From NCBI RefSeq assembly GCF_004010195.1, contig NC_057719.1:80885436-80949435 (forward strand): a stretch of 64,000 nucleotides of DNA. Reading direction: 5' to 3'. Shown one piece after another: positions 62,920 to 64,000 of this stretch. Origin of the DNA: Chiloscyllium plagiosum (lineage: Eukaryota). The notes under the pieces were generated by a model that did not search any database, was not told the origin of the DNA, and was given only the letters and a program-made list of their open reading frames with translations. Position numbers and translations under genes: made by a program. Within the stretch, counting starts at the first letter, position 1. Every line of letters starts with the position of its first letter.

Positions 62920-64000
62920 GTGCAAAACTGCTATCCTCACACAGTGAGCTGAGGTCAGAAAAGAGCTCACCAGCAAGCAGGAAGGTGGTTTGAATTGTGT
63001 CTACTTCAACGTGAGGAGCGTCTAGAATAAGATGGATGAACTTGCAGCATGGGTTGGTATCTGGGACTTCAATTTTGTGGCTATTTCGGAGACATGGGTA
63101 GAGCAGGGACTGGAATGGTTGGTGCAGGTTCTGGGATTTAGATGTTTCATTAAGAACAGAGAAGATGGTAAAAAAACAGGGGAGATGTGGCATTATTAGT
63201 CAAGAAAAGTATAATGGTACTGTTTGAGAACTCATCTACTGAGGTAGTATGGGCTGTGGTTAGAAACAGGATGGAGAGATCACCCTGTTGAGAATTTTCT
63301 ATAGGCCTCTAAATAGTTCCAGAGTTGTAGAGGAAAGGATAACAAAGATAATTCTGAACAGGAGCAAGAGTAAAAGAGTACTTGTTATGGGGGAATTTCA
63401 CTATCCAAATATTGACTAGAAATACTATAGCTCAAGTACTTTAGATGAGTCAGTTTTTGTCCAATGTGTGCAGGATCGTTTCCTGACACGGTATACAGAC
63501 AAGCCAACAAGGGACCAGGCCACAATGGATTTGGTACTGGGTAATGAACCCAACCAGATGTCACATTTGGAGGTAGGTGAGCACTTTGGTGATAGTGACC
63601 ACAATTTGGTTATGTTAACTTTAGCGATGGAAAGGACAGGTATATTACGCAGGGTAAGAGTTATTGCTGGGGGAAAGGCAATTATGATGTGATTAGGTAA
63701 GATTTAGAATGCATAGGATGGGGAAGGAAACTGCAGTGAATAGACACACTTGAAATGTAGAGCTTATTCAAGGAACTGCTACTGCAGGTCTTTGATAAGT
63801 ATGTACCTGTCAGGGAGGGAGGATGTGGTTGAATGAGGGAGCCGTGGTTTACTAAGGAAGTTGAATCTCTTGTCAATAGGAAAAAGAAGGTTTATGTTAG
63901 GATGAGATGTGAAGGCTCTGTTAGGGTAGTTGAGAGTTACAAGTTAGCCAGGAAGGACCTAAAGAGAGAGCTCAGAAGAGCCAAGAGGGGACATGAGAAG
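62920..64000 (+). mobile_element. CR1 ORF2 endonuclease domain, decayed, continuing past the window
   Basis: GLNCVYFNVRSV*NKMDELAAW...VAISETW; MGEFHYPNID; PTRDQATMDLVLGNEP...EHFGDSDHN. Confidence 0.92.

Overview
Eukaryotic genomic DNA, inferred from its repeat families to be elasmobranch (shark). It is intronic or intergenic, with no host protein-coding gene I can support, and one N-gap (37755-37916). Most of the window is transposon debris: HE1/V-SINE-type tRNA SINEs, a second SINE family, many CR1-group LINE fragments, L2 and Rex1/Babar remnants, Penelope-like elements (PLEs) with GIY-YIG domains, decayed PIF/Harbinger genes (transposase plus Myb/SANT partner), two solo LTRs, a Gmr1-like Ty3/Gypsy provirus and two degenerate minisatellites. 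Highlights: (1) minimal hammerhead-ribozyme motifs, several with intact cores, in at least three PLE terminal-repeat families with compensating stem changes; (2) short fold-back hairpin PLE insertions with TSDs and copy-specific turn points; (3) a Gypsy provirus whose gag is inverted between 4-bp microhomologies, splitting the CCHC knuckle; (4) a CR1 5'-UTR with two intron-like segments; (5) micro-insertions flanked by 43-50 bp duplications. Family calls come from recalled motifs without database searches, and old-repeat boundaries are approximate.
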